Positions 62,701 to 64,000 of a DNA stretch of 64,000 nucleotides are shown here, in pieces; within the stretch, counting starts at the first letter, position 1, and each line of letters begins with the position of its first letter. Under the pieces are notes generated by a model that searched no databases, was not told the DNA's origin, and saw only the letters and a list, made by a program, of their open reading frames with translations. The DNA comes from Nemertoderma westbladi (taxonomy: Eukaryota > Animalia > Xenacoelomorpha), in the NCBI GenBank assembly GCA_032718475.1, contig JAUCBJ010002907.1, positions 31,356-95,355 of the forward strand. The letters are read 5' to 3'. The position numbers and the translations under genes are program-made.

Positions 62701-63935
62701 AGAGAAGGGTCTTTGGAACTAATATGTAAAGAATGGGGTGTTATGATATTTGCATTATTTTGATTTATATTGTTTGTCAAATTTTGAGTTTCAGGTGATA
62801 CATTATGCTCTTTACCTTGTTGCAAGCGTTGTATTTCTTTCTGTAGCAACACATGATGGAGTTCTTTTTGCTGTTGATCATTGTATACCATTTGTTGATT
62901 TTCGGCTAAAAGGTCAGACTCATGCTCTGCATCTCGGGAAGCCTGCTCAGCAATACGTGTTGCCTCAGTTAGGGCATGACGTGCCTTTGCTCGTGCATCA
63001 GCCTCCACTTGAGCTGCTTTAGTAAATGCCATTGAAGATGCTAATTCTGCGTCTGCTTGTGCACTGCGGGCTCTTGCTTGGGCATCAGCTATTTTTCGCT
63101 CCTGAGATCGTTTTGCTAGGATGGATTTTCGTTCAATGTTCTGTTCTCCCTGTTTAGTTGCAAGTTTGGAAACTTCAACAGCAACACCAGCAATAGCTTC
63201 TAATTGCGTGATGGAAGTAGACTTACTACCTCCCGAAAGAGCACTTTTGAAACTTTTACTAGCATGACTAGTACGAGTAGATTTTGATTTTTTATTTTGA
63301 TCAGCATTGCTCGCCGATTGAGAGGGATGAATACTGCTTGGAGAACAATCAAAGGTTCTGTTTACTGTACCTTTGTCAGTATTATTAGGAAGGCCTACAT
63401 AATGAGAATTGGAATAAATGGATTGGTTTGGTTCTGGATCATGTATGGATTGTTTTGTTACAGGAACATGTGGATTTTTCATCCACGGCACTTCACATTC
63501 CACTTGATCGTTAACCAAACCAAGCATTTGATTCTCTCGTGGTTTCTCATAAGTGTCATCAGATAGTGGAGTCCACTCGGATTCCTTACTGGAAAATTGT
63601 TCCAACAAATTGATGAAACGTTCAGGCATATCTGCCCCTGTGCGATCATAAGCGCGCTGCAGTACCCTGATCTTTTCAACAACTGTTGAATAAGCTGAAC
63701 AAATTTTCTGAAGAAGTTCCCCAGATATTGGTAAGGATTTACTTTGGAAGTCATTAACTTCCTTTTCAATTTTGGCAACATAGCCCAAATAACCATTTAT
63801 ACTCCTGGTAATATCCTTGGTTGAGTCTACCTTGGGTAAATGTTCTTCAATGGGCTGGTCTGGTCTGTTTAAATGGACAGATTCAGACCCCTTTTGTCTC
63901 ACAGTGGGGTTGTCTCCATAATTTGGAGATGCCAT
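56709..63935 (-). CDS. BEL/Pao LTR retrotransposon gag-pol polyprotein (2408 aa, uninterrupted)
   Basis: DUF1759-like gag (PDKFDGNPENY..F); three Cys/His knuckles (CPLC..H...C, CTHC...H...C, CPTC...H...H); protease ALLDGGST; RT DIEAMFHQI..FYMDD; RNase H HIFSDASKEGYG; integrase GVDYFGP, SDNGTNF, WERLV; DUF5641-like FWSRWIREYL. Domain order PR-RT-RH-IN. Confidence 0.96.
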   Translation of the reverse strand: MASPNYGDNPTVRQKGSESVHLNRPDQPIEEHLPKVDSTKDITRSINGYLGYVAKIEKEVNDFQSKSLPISGELLQKICSAYSTVVEKIRVLQRAYDRTGADMPERFINLLEQFSSKESEWTPLSDDTYEKPRENQMLGLVNDQVECEVPWMKNPHVPVTKQSIHDPEPNQSIYSNSHYVGLPNNTDKGTVNRTFDCSPSSIHPSQSASNADQNKKSKSTRTSHASKSFKSALSGGSKSTSITQLEAIAGVAVEVSKLATKQGEQNIERKSILAKRSQERKIADAQARARSAQADAELASSMAFTKAAQVEADARAKARHALTEATRIAEQASRDAEHESDLLAENQQMVYNDQQQKELHHVLLQKEIQRLQQGKEHNVSPETQNLTNNINQNNANIITPHSLHISSKDPSLDPPKESVGFSLESKVNNPPFVPNIRPIDRPQNVVQNNSNLYNLSDPVGSSNRVGVRVSDTGVPYLPHQPPNEEIYFETPYIPSAELFESSGNDCVPADDNYCGPLKHEPTHYTSKHTSSLPQAHSIWTGTNHIVPKDVKHLSEHTDYIHYTPKYAPINDVPRGVHPIDTPECEYRNPSNFENSYYESKYIPLVPNNNQPRQPYTPSNNGGSGGRGDGGRGPPPTDRGYQPRQPHTPNNNGGSGGRGGGGRGPPPNDEYNSPQSMRCDSGSQYPLYQQRDDRYERALLDRVGLSSHTPLPHPDKFDGNPENYISFCVNFNATIGIKQIPDAEKFSYLLQFLTGPPKEAVNTLVTSPHRYRLAWALLDHRFGHVTKIVRATFDKVINQPPINNTPKELIAYADQIRYIYNTLSHLHDPEEMNNHHNLRALIARLPQNLIIKWQMEATRISNRRRSANGRPSDPTLYDILRFVDFYAEAGDHPHYSNLHTANKGQRQSTDKSLASGATTGNSKLRETSMMVDSNISKSQSLKINPPSCPLCKGKSHFLYRCSIFASKSCEEKANIINHHKPSVCTHCTRPGHKSGQCPWRIKCPTCGDSHGAVMHGVHEYLSFNSTASKPLQLQKTVVTKETTVPEETPIVVPKDKSKIVPKGPSKNYITHMSNKLKGDDPSACLPVVSVSVYIDPLRSVSTYALLDGGSTGTFVDAGVTRYLGITPKRDSIDLSTLLRDECNISIGIARCQFSSLEKRIIGETDIVVCDQLRIGDGPPPVSKFSNFPHLSSLSLEAQPVDIPFISIVIGQNLPYAHYRIEQRFGDNPQTEPYGVLSPFGWYISGPIALDNTLQNKRKSYFVNHSRIYDNQEVSHPNPPIDIHKLLSQFWELENFGYNRIEDEDNSVVKESDDDKRALQILKETTVFDETEGKWEVGMLWKCDPNKIVFNRPLAEKRLYSLGKRFLNNQDSQQHLPTYISKLHDYIDKGYAIKLTGDDLTVTPQTNYIPHHYITYPEKPGKIRIVNDAAAKFRGHCLNDMLLSGPNRLNLIWGILLRFRQENIAFMCDIEAMFHQIKVPPKDQDSLRFLWWKDDKVHGMVEEYRMTRHCFGKKDSPCIAIHGVQITGEKNKSQYPPIVNDTIQRNFYMDDGLPSLRTLDEAVNLARGLISCLAQGGFNLTCFLSNSREFLTQIQGDNISTNRLSKEVDLDLDHLPYSRTLGVRWNTDSDEFGYRVQVQVSPLTKRGCLSSLSSLYDPLGLISPVTLLGKLLLRKMWSDKLSWDEQLPPSLAHSWEEWKVQLPTLQDLHIPRAYFPDHDPLEPFELHIFSDASKEGYGVVIYLRRKDSFTSFVTSKARTAPLRAVTMPRLELQAAIMALRLSLAVTREIDYTISRLIYWIDSQVVLAWIKNTELRLKTFVDNRVTEIRKNTSTDNWRYVPTECNSADDVSRGLTPEQLVDSKRWFNGPQFLSGPEESWPKTHVKDTDYPDDLSELRQDISINFTNSANTNGYTRKFIEHFSESDRLYRCVARIRRACIAQYYKCHNSSELIPPFEDRLSPDEILAAKIAVLKYSQLPLQDDLVRLSSNLPVRKGSPIERFNPHIDSDGLIRMGSRCVTTALNFDESNPIIIPKNSAIIPILINDLHRSLRHAGREHMTNEIRRSYWIIGLRNQVLRFLSRCMICKIRNRKRMKQRMADLPHFRTIPYLPPWTHTGVDYFGPVKAKYGRGSIKRWVVLYTCLTTRAVDIDLVSDLSTNAFINTFRRFINSRARRVAHMYSDNGTNFVGAEKQLKEALEDLQHIDFSNVLVPNHTLKFHWQPPCAPHMSGVWERLVGMTKKILRITLETQLVSEDTLRTVLSEAAAIMNSRPLYLTTDDVHGDTVLTPNHALCLDPVSNLPPGLFITANKGVETTWRQAQVLSNFFWSRWIREYLPTLHTRTKWYRPGYNLKVHDVVLVMDDDSIKGAWTIGRVTKVFPGEDKQVRVAEVLLKGGSLLERPIHTLCLLEQAD

Positions 63936-64000
63936 TTCAATTTTGTATAAGTTTACTGCCTGAGCAGACCTATCAGCCTATGTCCTTATAAATTAAGTAA

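Noticed and set aside
56920-63796. Many short ORFs overlapping the BEL polyprotein
   Set aside because: Antisense or alternate-frame shadows of a long coding sequence.

Overview
AT-rich animal (invertebrate-type) genomic DNA that is almost entirely transposon-derived. It holds APE/RT LINE remnants (RTE-like, RTE-X-like and unassigned clades), a CRE-like restriction-endonuclease retroelement, and an intact 2408-aa BEL/Pao LTR gag-pol. It also holds several Mutator/foldback-type DNA elements whose TIRs are built from tandem arrays, piggyBac-, hAT- and Harbinger-like MITEs, tRNA-derived SINEs and satellites, often deeply nested. The one clear host gene piece is missing from the ORF track because it has no in-frame ATG: a terminal exon at 7990-8462 (+, frame 3) encoding a multicopy neuropeptide precursor with 11 tandem NVPGF-G-KR units (predicted NVPGFamide), in which every repeat variant is synonymous. 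Clade assignments come from motif recognition only; no searches were run.
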